Positions 51,601 through 64,000 are shown, counted from the first letter of the stretch. The stretch is 64,000 bases of DNA from Octopus vulgaris (GCA_951406725.2 OX597822.1:88970001-89034000), one strand, 5' to 3'. Made by a program: numbers and translations. Notes: generated from the letters alone by a model not told the origin.

Positions 51601-52886
51601 TTTAACCTTTGGAGGTTTTCAGGGGAAAGACATCTGATAGAGGTCGAAGGATAAAGACTTCCGGTACAGATGTTGGTGGTGGGAAGGGCAGGCACAACGC
51701 AAAACAGCAAACACTCTGGCTGCCAGTGTGGAAGAATAGTAATAATAATAATAATGATAATAATGAGATAGAATTGGGTGTTTGCATTCTTAACTAGAGT
51801 TATAACCAACAGTTTTTGGTGAGCCAGTGTGTGACAAAATTAGGTAAATGAATGAATAAATATTAATAATAAATGTGCGTGAAAGGGAGTGAGAAGGGTG
51901 AAAGAGAGAGAGAGAGAGTTGGATTGAGTGTAGGGATCTTAAGTTTTTTCTCTAAACATATGGTACAGAAGGCAAAACTTCTGTTTACATAGATAGATAA
52001 TGAAATGAAATAATAAAGTAATTGCAATTTGCGCTGTAAAAGAGGTTTTTGATGTGTGTGCTAGCTTGGAAAACCAAGTTGCTTATCTGAATATCTTCTG
52101 ATTTCTACTCCATGTAGCAAGATATTAAAATATGAGGTAGGGGAATCTGAATGAGCTAGTATATATATAGGGTGGGGTGGGGGGAGAAGAGGTGAGGTGT
52201 TGGGAGAAGCAAGTGGTTAACAGAACTGCGAGAGAGTGGGGAGAGAGAGGAAGAGAGAGACCAGGGTTAGGCTGGTCGAAGACATGACATGAGGAGATGG
52301 AATTTTCAGGATTTAGGGTAACAATTGAACGATAATGCAAAATATATTGCTTGATGTTATAAAAATTCTGTCAGTCCATCTTATATTTTCATAATTTTTT
52401 CCCAAATCAAAATATTAAATTTAGTCTCACAATAACTTGAGCTGGAAAGCAGAAATGATGTTTGTTTTTTTTAAATATAAATTAATTTATGCATGTATTT
52501 AGATTCGCTATGACTACTGTTTTATGAATAGCTGTTTTAAAAAAATTCTTCAAAAAATGGTTTTAAGTGGAACTGATTTTATGTTTAGATTATTATCTAA
52601 AGTTTCCCCTAGAAAAAAAAAAAAGCAATTCCAAAAATCAAAAGCAAGCATTAGTAAATGAAAGTGGAGCTGTGTCTTATTTTCCTTATTCTCTTTGGTT
52701 ATTATCAATAGTGCAATAGCAAAAGATGTTGTACTTGTACATTATTTCTATTGCCTTTCTTACCACTTGCTTGTTGTTTAAACATTAGGGCTTATTCTAT
52801 TATCAAAGACTATATATAGGAATAATTCTTAACATAAGAAATTAATGAAAGCAAAAAGAAAGATCATGATTTAATTGGTAAGACAC

Positions 52887-52949
<63 letters not shown>

Positions 52950-53441
52950 CACACACACACACTATTTGACATTATAAGTAGTCTGGTAAGACTTAAATTT
53001 ATATCTACTATTAGACATCATAAACAGTAATGTGTGACAAAAAAGAGAAACAAGCCCACTGATGTGACTCAAACCATATCGCTTGCTAGGAAATCATTGT
53101 AACATGTTTTGTGTGTGTGTATGTATGTGTGTGTATTTAGTGTCATGTGGCTTGATCCAATGTTTATATGATCAATATTATTTAACATGGTTACCGGTTC
53201 AATGAAAGATGCTTAGTTATTCGTTTGAGTAAGGTTTCTGCTGATAAAGGACTCCTTGCAATTATCACATCAGTTGGGTAAATACTTTACTTTGGAACTT
53301 CATTAACAGATTTAAATAATTATTTTAGCAGACTTGTTATAACCTTATTACTGATTGCATCTACAAAGCAGTGACTCAGTCACCTGGCAAGTGAAAGGTA
53401 CAAAGTTTTAGTCCTGTCAGTAGGTCTGTTTCTCTTTTCAG

Positions 53442-53453
53442 GCCGAACTTAGT
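53442..53453 (+). other. Candidate micro-exon (12 nt, AELS; or 10 nt using the GT at 53452)
   Basis: ctgtttctcttttcag|gccgaactta|gt|gtataa. Confidence 0.25.
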
Positions 53454-56202
53454 GTATAATGTCTAATAAAATTTATTTAGAAAGATTATTTGTTACCTGT
53501 GAATGTTCTAGCTGTTGGTGAATGACACCAAAGTTTGGGAGACAAAGAAAATAAGCTACCAAGTAATTTCATTTCATTTATAGGGAAAAGACATGAACAT
53601 TACATGATTTAATTATGTTGAATTTTTTGTACTCACCTTAGAGATATTTAATGTTTCCTTAGAGCATGTACTCAGTGAAACTTTTTTTGTCATTTGCTTG
53701 CTATATAGTGAACTCTACTTTGTTGTAAGTAATTGGGTCTGGTTCATCCCTATCTTGTAATAGAGGTCCTGTTAAAGTGGACTTCACTTTGTTATAAACG
53801 ATTGGGTCAGAGCTTTAGTTTGAGGATATCTTTCACTCCTCACTGGTCATGGAGGTCCTGTAGCCAATCATGACCTTCATACTCTTCCTTCTCTCATTAA
53901 GCTTTTAAAGTACAGGTTTCAAGAAACATATGAGAAATCCACTATATATTTATAGTTCATTTTCATATTAACTTGGACTTCATTTTCAATCATTCAGTCC
54001 TTTTTTTTCAAGCCTTGTTTGAAGAGAACTCCATAAATGTCAAGTGTGACTAAATCCAGCTGTTATCTAAAAGCAGTGTTCTTCATTAATTAAATATGTA
54101 AGCAATTCCAGTATTTGATAAGTAAGAAAATAAGTTACCGGTGAAGGAGGGACTATGCTCAAACCATTTTCAGGCTCTTTCAAATATGTAAGATTCATGC
54201 AATTTATGTAAGTGAATGTAAGTGATATATATGTTCAAATGGAGTATATAAAGATAAGAAAGTAAAGAATTGAGTATAATCTACTGAATAAAACATTTAT
54301 ATTGATGTTTCAAATGCTATATGCTTTTATGGGCAGTAAAACAAAAGTGAAAGTGTGGATAAGTCCTAAGAATTCTTAGTTTGAACAACGTTATTATTAA
54401 TACTTGCAACCAATTATATCTGTTACTTGTTGCAGAATTATTAAGTAAGCATTTACATTATACATATAATATAAAATTTAATCTTTTACCTTAGACTTAC
54501 TCCTTATTATTAAATAAGCTGAAGAAAATCTATAAATAATTTTCCTTTTGTATAGTTTAAGAATCATAAGATTGTACCAAAACTATGTCTTTTTAATTTT
54601 ACAGACATAATAATTTTCAATATCTACATTTTCTATCTGTCTATCAGTGTGTGTGTGTGTGTGTGTATATAATATTTTGAAATACTGACTGAAGAGGGTA
54701 GTATTATGTAATGGTTATTGTACATTAACAACTCTAAATGTGCATATTAAATACATTCAGAATATCAACTATAGTTTTGTGATTATTCTGATGTTTACAT
54801 AACACTCTTGACATTCTTCAGATAATATATACATACATGCATACATATATTGGTGGGTGAATATATATCTACATTTATGTGTGTATGTTTCCATAAATAA
54901 ATATTTGTAGAGACTCAATCGCCAACTCACTCTGCCTTTTCTATTACTACTACAATGGCCTCTGCTGCTCAGAGCCAGCTACTTGCATATCATTCACTCC
55001 AAACCAGTTTAACATACCCATCTCCTCTTGTCAGATATGCTATGTCCTTCATCCAAGCCCTACACTAACTATTACAGCTAAGTTTTCTTCCCTAGAACAT
55101 AATATATTTTAAATCTTTTTCCAATCCACATTCTGATGCAGTCATTGACTTACAGACAATATGCAGTTTTGAAGGCAACATAAGTGTAGCCTGTTCTTCT
55201 TGACTACAAATCTTAAAATAGATATTAAAAAAATATAAATATTAAGATATGAAGTTAATAGCCTCCAAAATTATAATCATGGTAACAAAAATGCACACAT
55301 TTAAACATTCAATCAATAAAATTATGGTAAACAAATTATTTTATACATATTTTTATGTCTTCTAATAACATTAACAGAAGCTATTTTCTGGTGACATTAT
55401 ATTCTAACTTCATTTTCCTTCTCTCGTTTTTTGTGGAACTTCCATTGCTAAATTGGTTGATTATACTAAACTATGCAAATACTTAAAATTACTGAATAAA
55501 TCACTCAATTTCTAATATTTGTTAACTGCAATTGTGTTCTAACCACTGAAAAAATATAACTGCTTCATATTAACTTCTTTATATTCTTACAGAGGTTTCA
55601 GTTTTAGTAGTAGTGTTACCATCTTAGTAGGAACTATTTCCTCTATAATTACTATCAATATCAAGTAATCAACATTGATTATGAAAGCTGCAGCTGGTTA
55701 AGTAAATTGATACATGCCTGTTGATGAAAGGTCATTGGCTCATGACATTTGTTGTACTACATGATGTCTTTACATGACTAAATCTACCTAACTATTAATA
55801 AGTATCAAAAGAGTACAATTCACTACTATAAGTAATTGATGTATTTTATATTTGACAAGAATTCTGATAGATTGCAACGTTGAGCCCACTCAGTAATCCT
55901 CAGTTAAGGAAAACCATGATGATTAAGAGTCACACAACAATGTGATTTCATCACAGGTGACAATCTTGCTTGAAGATGATGTGTATTAGGAGCAACTACA
56001 CATGCTTTGTTCCTACTGAAACAATTAAACCTTGATACTAATGATAATAATTATCAATAGAATGTATGCTGAAAAACCTAAGAATGGCAAAGTATAATAA
56101 AGTATTGATCAATCAACTGAGAAGACAACATTATTCTGTCATTGGTTTTATGCTGGATTCTTGACTAAGAGTTTTAATTTCAACCACTCAGTCAACCTAG
56201 CT

Positions 56203-56426
56203 TTACCCCTTTAGCATTCAGATTACTGTGCCAAATGTAATACTTTTTTATTCACATTATTTTGAATTCATGATGCATTACTTCGTAGCTTCAAGATTTC
56301 AATGATGTAATTATTTATTTTTACAATGACATTGTAGTGTTAGAGAGGCTGTGTCTGGCCAGACTGAACATAAAACAGGTGGGATATTTGGCTTAGATAT
56401 GGCTAGTTTAAATGCTAAAGGGTTAA
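56203..56426. mobile_element. piggyBac-type MITE, family A
   Basis: ttacccctttagcatt...aatgctaaagggttaa; homologous to 14032-14261. Confidence 0.75.
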
Positions 56427-57110
56427 GCAGGTGTTTGTAACATTAGCTTGGAATATTTCAATGTCATAAGCAATGTCATAACACTGTAAAATTAATATCT
56501 CATTAATCTGTAGTGCTGAATTTGAGTTCTCCTTGTGTTTTTGTTTTCTCATAGAAATGCTAAAACAGAATCATCTTTTTATTTCTCATCAACATTCTCA
56601 TGTGGGCATGAAAATGAAGGACTGACATATGTTCTTTGTAAAATTGTTAACCAACTTTGCAGAAAATGTTGTCATGTTATGTTGCTGACAAAGCAAATCA
56701 TTATTTTCTGAGATGCACTTTCCTAGCAAATGAGTTGATCTGAGACTAAGTGCTGAGACTAAAGCAATTATAGTGTGGATGACATATTTTAGCCATTCAA
56801 AAACACACAAAAACTGTTAACCTCACTTAAATATTATTTGGTGTCAAAACTTTCATCCCACCAACTGCAACCTGGTCACAGACTAAGTTCCACTGCAGAT
56901 CATTAATCCAGTACAACTTGCTGCATGGTCAGATCATTAGTGACTAAACTGGTGACCCCACTAAGCCTACTTAGGGAGGAGAGTGATTAGATACCCAGTA
57001 ATCATTAATTAGATTTAGTATTTTAGAATTGAACATTGGCTCATTTATTGAACCTGTTTGTGCTGCAGGAAGATAAAATTGCTTTAAATATTAGTAATAT
57101 ATTTATTTGT

Positions 57111-57142
<32 letters not shown>

Positions 57143-57785
57143 TTCAAACATCTTCAATTATAGATTTACTTTTACATTATTACTTACAAAAAAAAGGTAT
57201 TGTACATTGTTAGAATACTGCAACTTTTCTATATAATGTATTTAATGCAGTTTTATCTCTAATAAAATGTCCTTCTCAATAGAAAAGAATTTTTGAAATT
57301 TCATTTAACTTTTCTTTTTTCAGATTTCATTTCTTGTATATATTTTTATGATTGACATATTTTTGCCTTTCATTTATTTATTTGAATATATTGTTGTTGT
57401 TGCTGGAGGTAGAATGAATCAATTTTTTTGTTAATTATGTTTAAAAACTTGTGTATTAAGAAGAATTCTTTGAACATCATAAGTTTATAGCTTTTTCTGA
57501 TTTGTATACTTTTGTATTTATCCATCTCATTTTTCTCTTCTTTTTTCCTCCCTCTCTTCAGCCCATAAATCCTCATTTTAATTCTCATTTTGAGGATTCT
57601 TCTCTCCTGTTGTGTGTAATTTTGTGTAGCTTTACAAACAAAAAAAGGAAAGAAAAAAAAAAAGCATGTTTCAGACTGTAAATCTAATCATTATGTATGG
57701 ACTAAATGTGTGTTTATCAACCAGTTAACATCTTAAATGATTATGAAGAAAATTTATGTCAATTTCTTCATTTGCTTAATACTAG

Positions 57786-57871
57786 TCTGACTCGTTGATT
57801 GATGATGCTGACCAAGCATTAGTGGGTGACCATCTTGCAAAGTATCAGGAGCGCCAGCAGTCTCCTCTGGG
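57786..57871 (+). CDS. ATP6V0A1: V0 subunit a, alternative coding exon 5B
   Basis: tttcttcatttgcttaatactag|SDSLIDDADQALVGDHLAKYQERQQSPL+gg|gtatgt; 86 nt, open, phase 0 to 2, ending in LG; GC-richer than flanks. Confidence 0.72.
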
Positions 57872-58521
57872 GTATGTCACCTTCATCTGTCTTTAACAAT
57901 TGTTTGTCTCAATGTCAAGACAGGTTTGCACATTCTTCACTATGCTTATATCGTGTTTATTTCTGAGTGTTTTTGTAAATTTTTTTGTTATTTGCAATTT
58001 TAAAATGACCAAATAAGATGATACACTTCATCAGTAAGTTGGCATTACTTGATAAATTGACTTTATTTAGAAGAAAACAAGCCATTTCTCTTACTATCTA
58101 TTGAAATGTTTATGTTCAGATTTGTTTTCTGTCAACTTAATGCTATAAGTCTCTAATGTGCATGAAGAAGCAAAGTTTTTTTTTGTATATAGAATTAAAA
58201 AAAAAAAACAATGAAATAATTGTTTTGAGTATTTCTCTTAGTTTTAAATTGTTGAATAAGATATGCAGTAATACGTTAATACAGCTTCTGGTAATTTCAT
58301 GTCACTATTTAGTGTGTTCTGTGTGCAGTTTTATGTGTAAAAAGAAATTTGTCACTTACTTGCATTAAAAATTTGTTACTTAAGCAGTGTTTACAATTGG
58401 GGAAGGAAAAACTATGCACATGCAAAGTTTTTTAAGATTAAATTTGAGTAATGGTTACTTGTGTATATGTGTGGTACCTTACAACTCCACTTTGTTATAT
58501 AAATATATATATATATATACA

Positions 58522-58651
58522 CGCACAGGAGTGGCTGTGTGGGATGTAGCTTGCTTATGAACCACATGGCTCTCAGTTCAATCTCGGTGCATGGCACCTC
58601 AAAACCTTGTGAGTAGAGTTGGTAGACAGAAACTGAAAGAAACCTGTGGTG

Positions 58652-58684
<33 letters not shown>

Positions 58685-58880
58685 CTGTGTTTGTCCCCCC
58701 AATATCCCTTGAGAGCCGATGTGTTTGCGTCCCCGTAACTCAGTGGTTCGGCAAAAGAGACTGATAGAATAAATTCTAGGCTTACAAAGAATTAGTTCTG
58801 GGGTTGATTTGCTTGAGTAAAGGTGATGCTGGAGCATAGCCATGATCGAATGACTGAAGCATTGAAAAGAATAAAAGAAT
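58522..58880 (+). mobile_element. tRNA-derived SINE with internal deletion
   Basis: cgcacaggagtggctgtgtgg...ggtagacagaaactgaaagaa...tgactgaagcattgaaaagaataaaagaa. Confidence 0.8.
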
Positions 58881-58969
58881 GTGTGTATATATATGTATGT
58901 ATATATATGTGTATATATATATATGTATATGTATATATATATATATGTGTATATATATATATGTATATG

Positions 58970-59003
<34 letters not shown>

Positions 59004-59267
59004 TATATGAATACATTATGTCTGTGTTTGTATATATATGTGTGTGTGCGTGTATGTGTATCTGTATATATAGATGTATATGTGTATATGTGTATATATG
59101 TGTGTACATGTATATATATGTTTGTATATGTATATATATGTGTGTATATATGTGTATATGTACATATGGATTTTTATTTATATATATATGTATATATATA
59201 TATCTATATATATTTGTATATACATATATATGTATATATATATATATATGCATATATATATATATGT

Positions 59268-61322
59268 ATATTGGGAGTGGCCATGGGAATGCGAATGGGC
59301 CCCAACTATGCAAACCTGTTCTTTGGCTATGTTGAGGCCCAAATATTCTCTAGTTTCACTGGTCCCACTCCTGAACTATACGGTAGTTACATTGATGACA
59401 TTATCGGTGCCACCTCACTCTCCCGTGAACATCTAGACTCCTTCCTCTCTTTCGTTCAATCCTTCCGTCCTGCCCTCCACTTCACCTGTACTATCTCCAA
59501 CACCTCTGTCTCCTTCCTCAACGTTTTGGTCAGCATTCATCACTCCACTCTTACCACCTCCATTCACTACAAACACACAGACTCACACTCATACCTAAAC
59601 TTCTCTTCCTCCCACCCCAAACACACCAAGCTTTCCATCCCCTATTCCCAATTCCTCCATCTACGTAGGCTCTGTAATGACGACCATGACTTTGAGACTG
59701 TCTCAACTCATGGCTCGCCACTTCATCCTACGTGGATACCCCCTCACCACTATCCACACCGCCCTTGCCAGAGCACGTTCCGTAGATCGTGCATCTGCTC
59801 CCCCCCCCCCCCCGAACCCGCCCTGCAGTCTCCCGCCTCCCTTTTCCCCTCACTTACCACCCCACCACCCTACCTCTCCAATGCACCATTCTTCGAGCTT
59901 TCCGGCATCTCCAGTCCGACTCGTCCACTTCACACCTCTTCCCTAACCGACCCCTCCCCTCCTTCAAACGAGCCCATAACCTACGAGACTTCTTGATTCA
60001 CAGCTTCTTCCCTGACCCTACCTCCCAACCTGGCTCGTTCCCCTGCTCCCGCCCACATTGCCACACTTGCCCTTACCTCTCCAACACCACCCTCCTCACC
60101 GGCACCCATCATTGACCCTATCGCATCATCGACTCCTTCACCTGCACCTCCAGCAATATCATCTATTGCATCTCCTGCTCCCTCTGCCATTCCCTGTACA
60201 TCGGACAAATGGGACGCAGCTTGGCTGACCGGTTCGCGGAACACCTCCAAGATATCCGCCTCGCCAATGACACACCAGTCTCACGCCATTTCTGCTCCAC
60301 TGGTCACTCCTTGCAACACCTGTCTGTGTTCGGATTGTCCTTGCACAGAGGCCATCCGGATTACCGCTTGTGCCGTGAACAGGGATTAATCTTCTCTCTT
60401 CGCTCTTTTACACCATTTGGGCTCAACTCTTCCCCCTTTTCATCTAACCTCCCCCTGACTCCTACTTCTCTTCAGTCCTTCATCTTTTCACCCCTACTCT
60501 CTTTCCCTCCACTTCCCTTCTTTCCCTTCTTCCCTCTTCTTCTTTCTTCTTCCCTCTTCCCCTTCTCTCTTTCTCTCTGCTCCCTCACTCCCCTTCTCCC
60601 TTCCCCTCCTTCTCTTTCTCTCCTCCTCCTCCTCTCCCTACCATGCCCCTCCTTCTCCTCCCCTCCGCTCTCTTCTCTCCCCCTCTCACTCTCCCCACAA
60701 CCCTCACTCTACCCCAACCCCCAGCCGAACCCACACCCCACATGGGCTTTCCCCACTCCCACCCCCACCTCCCCACAACATCACACCACACTACACTACA
60801 CCATACGACATTACACATCACATCACAACACACGACCCACAGCACACCGCCCACACACCCATCCCCACATCTTTACACCTAAACATACATACACATATAT
60901 CACAACACACCACCCACACACCCATCCCCATATCTCCATATCTCCACACCCACACATACATACACACGTTCAGACCACCAGCCCCCTTTCACACGCACAT
61001 ACATACTCTCTTATACACACACGCACCTTCGTGTTGGGGCCACCTTCGTTTTGGAAGTCACTTGACCCTGTTATCTCCCCTACTATCCCTCTAGCGTCTA
61101 ACGTCTGACCTCTGCCTGAAGTCAGAATGCCATGATAGACCATTAGCTCCTACATGCATTTTTTTCTCTCCTTGTTTCTTTTCTGTGTATCTTTCTGTCG
61201 AGGAGCGTAGCCTCGAAATGTAAAAGACTTGTTCTATTTCTATTCCTGAGCGCCATACTAATACATTTGTTTGTTTGTACTCCACCTGCCTTCGTCTTTT
61301 GTTTATTTTCGTAAACCTTCAC

Positions 61323-61327
<5 letters not shown>
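59268..61327 (+). mobile_element. 5'-truncated Penelope-like retroelement (RT motifs, GIY-YIG, pyrimidine/CA tract, terminal repeat)
   Basis: [16 protein letters not shown]...SYIDDIIG...SFLNV...[19 protein letters not shown]...[14 protein letters not shown]; FTCTSSNIIYCISCSLCHSLYIGQMGRSLADRFAEH. Confidence 0.9.
61190..61227 (+). ncRNA. Degenerate minimal hammerhead motif in the Penelope terminal repeat
   Basis: tcttt CTGTCGA ggagcgtagcctc GAAA tg TA aaaga; A6 replaced by T, stem I tcttt/aaaga intact. Confidence 0.5.
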
Positions 61328-61372
<45 letters not shown>

Positions 61373-61375
<3 letters not shown>

Positions 61376-61858
61376 TCATCATCATCAGCATCATCATCGT
61401 TTAGCATTTGCTTTCCATGCTGGTGTGGGGTGGATGGTTTAAGTGAAGGCTCGCAAGCCAGTAGTATGTACCAGGATCCAATCCGATCTGGCAAAGTTTC
61501 TACAGCTGAATGCTCTTCCTAATGCCAACCACTTCGAGAGTGTAGTGGATGCTTTTTCTTTGCCGCTGGCACAGTACTGCCAGTCAGGCGGTACTGGCAT
61601 TGACCATGCTTGAATGCTGCTGTTCATGTTCCACCAGCACACAGCCAGTGCTGCGGCACTGCCAACGTCTACACTCGAATAATGCTCTCTACATGCCACT
61701 GGCACAGGACCAGTCAACCGGCACTGGCATCGACCATGCTTGTATGGTGCCTTTTACATGCCACCAGCATGGAAGCCAGTCAGGCAGCACTGGCACGAGT
61801 GTCAATCATGCGGTACTGCCACTGATGAGGCCACGACAACAATGTCACTTGCCTCATG
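61373..61858 (-). mobile_element. RTE-family 3' tail with tandem repeats
   Basis: (cat)n gtttagcatttgctttccatgctgg...ttcctaatgccaacc..., repeated ggcactggca units. Confidence 0.75.
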
Positions 61859-61875
61859 TGTATGTGTATATATAT

Positions 61876-62041
61876 GGGTGTGGCTGTGTGTTAAAAGCTT
61901 GCTTCCCAACTACATGGTTCTGGGTTCAGTCCCACTACCTAGCACCTTGGGCATGTGTCTTCTACTATAGCCTTGGGCTGACCAAAGCCATGTAAGTGGA
62001 TTTGGTTGATGGAAACTGAAAATGTCTGTCCTATACATATG

Positions 62042-62088
<47 letters not shown>

Positions 62089-62303
62089 TAATGTGTGTGT
62101 ATTTATTTCTATGTTCCCCCCACCTTCGCTTAGAAACTGATGTTGGTGTGTTTATGTCCCCGTAACTTAGCGGTTCGGCAGAAGATATCAATAGAATAAG
62201 CACCAGGCTTACAAAGAATAAGTCCAGGTGTTGATTTCTTCAACTGAAAAGCAGTGTTACAGCATGGCCACACTCTTAGACTGAAACAAGTAGCAGAGTA
62301 AAA
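61876..62303 (+). mobile_element. Full-length tRNA-derived SINE
   Basis: ggtgtggctgtgtgttaaaagcttgcttcccaactacatggttctgggttcagtcccac...gactgaaacaagtagcagag. Confidence 0.85.
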
Positions 62304-62334
62304 GATTAATATATATATATATATGTGTATATAT

Positions 62335-62854
62335 GTAGAAGAACTAATCTATGTTCTCAAATCTGGAGGGTGTGGTGGAGACCTCATAGGTCAAACTAGT
62401 TTAACCTTGAGGGACAGAATAACGGTCTCCAGGCAAGAAATCCATCAAATGATGGTCTGACCATCTGCTAAGCAAATGGGAAGCATTAATTGAAGTAGAT
62501 GGTGAATATGTTCCGGAATAATCATTTAAAGATGTGTTTGTTACATGTTGTTATTGTTTTTGTTGAATAAAATTTGTTGAAAAAAGCTGCAATAATTATG
62601 CACCAACCCAATATATTAGACATTTGTTTGTTCAAAGGTCTAACTCTTCATGAATTTAACATATTAAAAATTTGTGGATGCTGCTGTCATATGAAGTTCC
62701 CTATATTTTCATTAAAAGCATGAAATAGGAGTAATAAGCAAACCAACAACTGTTGAGGGGTTATCTTCTAGTATTTTGTCCTGTACTTTTCTCTCGTGTG
62801 TTTACGTATTATTCACTTGTTGGTGATGTCCTGTCACTCATTGGTGTATTTTTC

Positions 62855-62860
<6 letters not shown>
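62335..62860 (+). mobile_element. Penelope-like 3' fragment (GIY-YIG plus terminal repeat)
   Basis: LIYVLKSGGCGGDLIGQTSLTLRDRITVSRQEI; a very decayed hammerhead-like motif at ~62680-62740. Confidence 0.6.
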
Positions 62861-62914
<54 letters not shown>

Positions 62915-63077
62915 ACAGGGTTCTTTCAGTTTCTGTCTACCAGATCCACTCACAAGGCTTTGGTTGGCCCAAGTCTATAGTGGAAGACACTTTCCCAAGG
63001 TGCCATGCAGTGGGACTGAACTCAGAACCATGTTGTTGGGAAGCAAGCTTCTTACCACACAGCCACACCTGCACCCA
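62915..63077 (-). mobile_element. tRNA-derived SINE head fragment
   Basis: gggttctttcagtttctgtctaccagatccactcacaaggc...cttaccacacagccacacctgcacc. Confidence 0.8.
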
Positions 63078-63105
63078 TATGTGTGTGTGTGTATGTATGT
63101 GTATG

Positions 63106-63155
<50 letters not shown>

Positions 63156-63171
63156 CACACACATACACACA

Positions 63172-64000
63172 CAGGGGTTGGACAAAATAATGGAAATACC
63201 TTAAAATTTCAAACAAATTTATTTTAATATGGGGTACGACCACCTTTGGCAGTAATTACAGCTTGAATTCTACAAGGTATGGATTCGTACAAAGTTTGAA
63301 TTGTTTCCAAAGGAATTTTTGTCCATTCTTCAGCTAAAACAGTTTCCAGCTTTTGTAATGATGATGGTGGAGGATATTGACTCCTTACTTGTTTTTCTAA
63401 AATGCACAGTAAATGTTCAATAATATCGAGTGCTGGGGACTGTGGTGGCCAGATAAGATGTTCAACTTCACTAGAATGTTTCTCATGCCATTCAGTAACA
63501 ACTTTAGCTGTGTGAATTGGTGCATTATCTTCCTGAAAGATTGCGTTTCCCTCCAGAAACAGTTCTGCAACCATAGGATGAATTTGATCAGATAAAATGC
63601 TTAAATAGTCTTGGCTATTAATTCTGCCATGAAGGAAAGCCATTGGGCTGATGGATTCCCAAGATATAGCCCCCAGATCATCACAGATCCTCCTCCATAT
63701 TTAACAGTTGGATGAAGGCAGCCTGAATCAAATGCTTCTTTTAGCTGTCTCTACATGCATCCTTGGCCAGTGGTTGGAAATAAGGTAAAGGATGACTCAT
63801 CCAAGAAAATAACATTCTTCCACTGCTCTAGGGATAATTCTGTAGGTTTTCACTCCATTCTAAATGCTTTGCAACATTTATTTTTGAAAGTAGTGGTTTT
63901 CTGATTGCAGCCCTCCCACGAAATCCAGCTTTGTGCAGCTCCTGGCAAGCAATTTTTGTGGAAACTGGGTTCTTGTGGTGGTCATTAAGCTCTGTAGTAA
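63172..64000 (-). mobile_element. Tc1-family transposon (continues beyond the window)
   Basis: TIR caggggttggacaaaataatggaaatacc; ORF 63224-63643 (IFQEDNAPIH...WPPQSPALDIIEHL...AVITAKGGRTPY). Confidence 0.9.

Noticed and set aside
55871-55950. Possible further alternative exon after ...ttctgatag
   Set aside because: Poor pyrimidine tract, hits a stop in phase 0, and has no LG|GT end.

Overview
AT-rich, microsatellite-laden animal genomic DNA. The SINE/RTE/Penelope repeat families point to a coleoid cephalopod, most likely Octopus (inference, not proven). There are no prokaryotic features. The window holds the 5' half of a + strand V-type H+-ATPase V0 subunit a gene (ATP6V0A1/Vha100-like). 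Four constitutive coding exons (5874-5990, 18973-19051, 24543-24640, 28520-28648; 141 codons) are followed by two phase-0/phase-2 exons that both end in ...LG (40741-40850 and 57786-57871) and look mutually exclusive, plus several micro-exon candidates. The next constitutive (FVAG...) exon was not found in the window. The introns are packed with a Helitron, RTE, CR1-like and R4/Dong-like LINEs, Tc1/mariner and Sola2-like DNA transposons, TTAA-flanked MITEs, tRNA-derived SINEs and many Penelope-like remnants. Several Penelope remnants carry hammerhead-ribozyme motifs. The most striking is a ~2 kb element with ~313-bp near-perfect inverted arms, each with a near-intact hammerhead, lying between the two alternative exons. 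All coordinates were read by eye; repeat boundaries are approximate.
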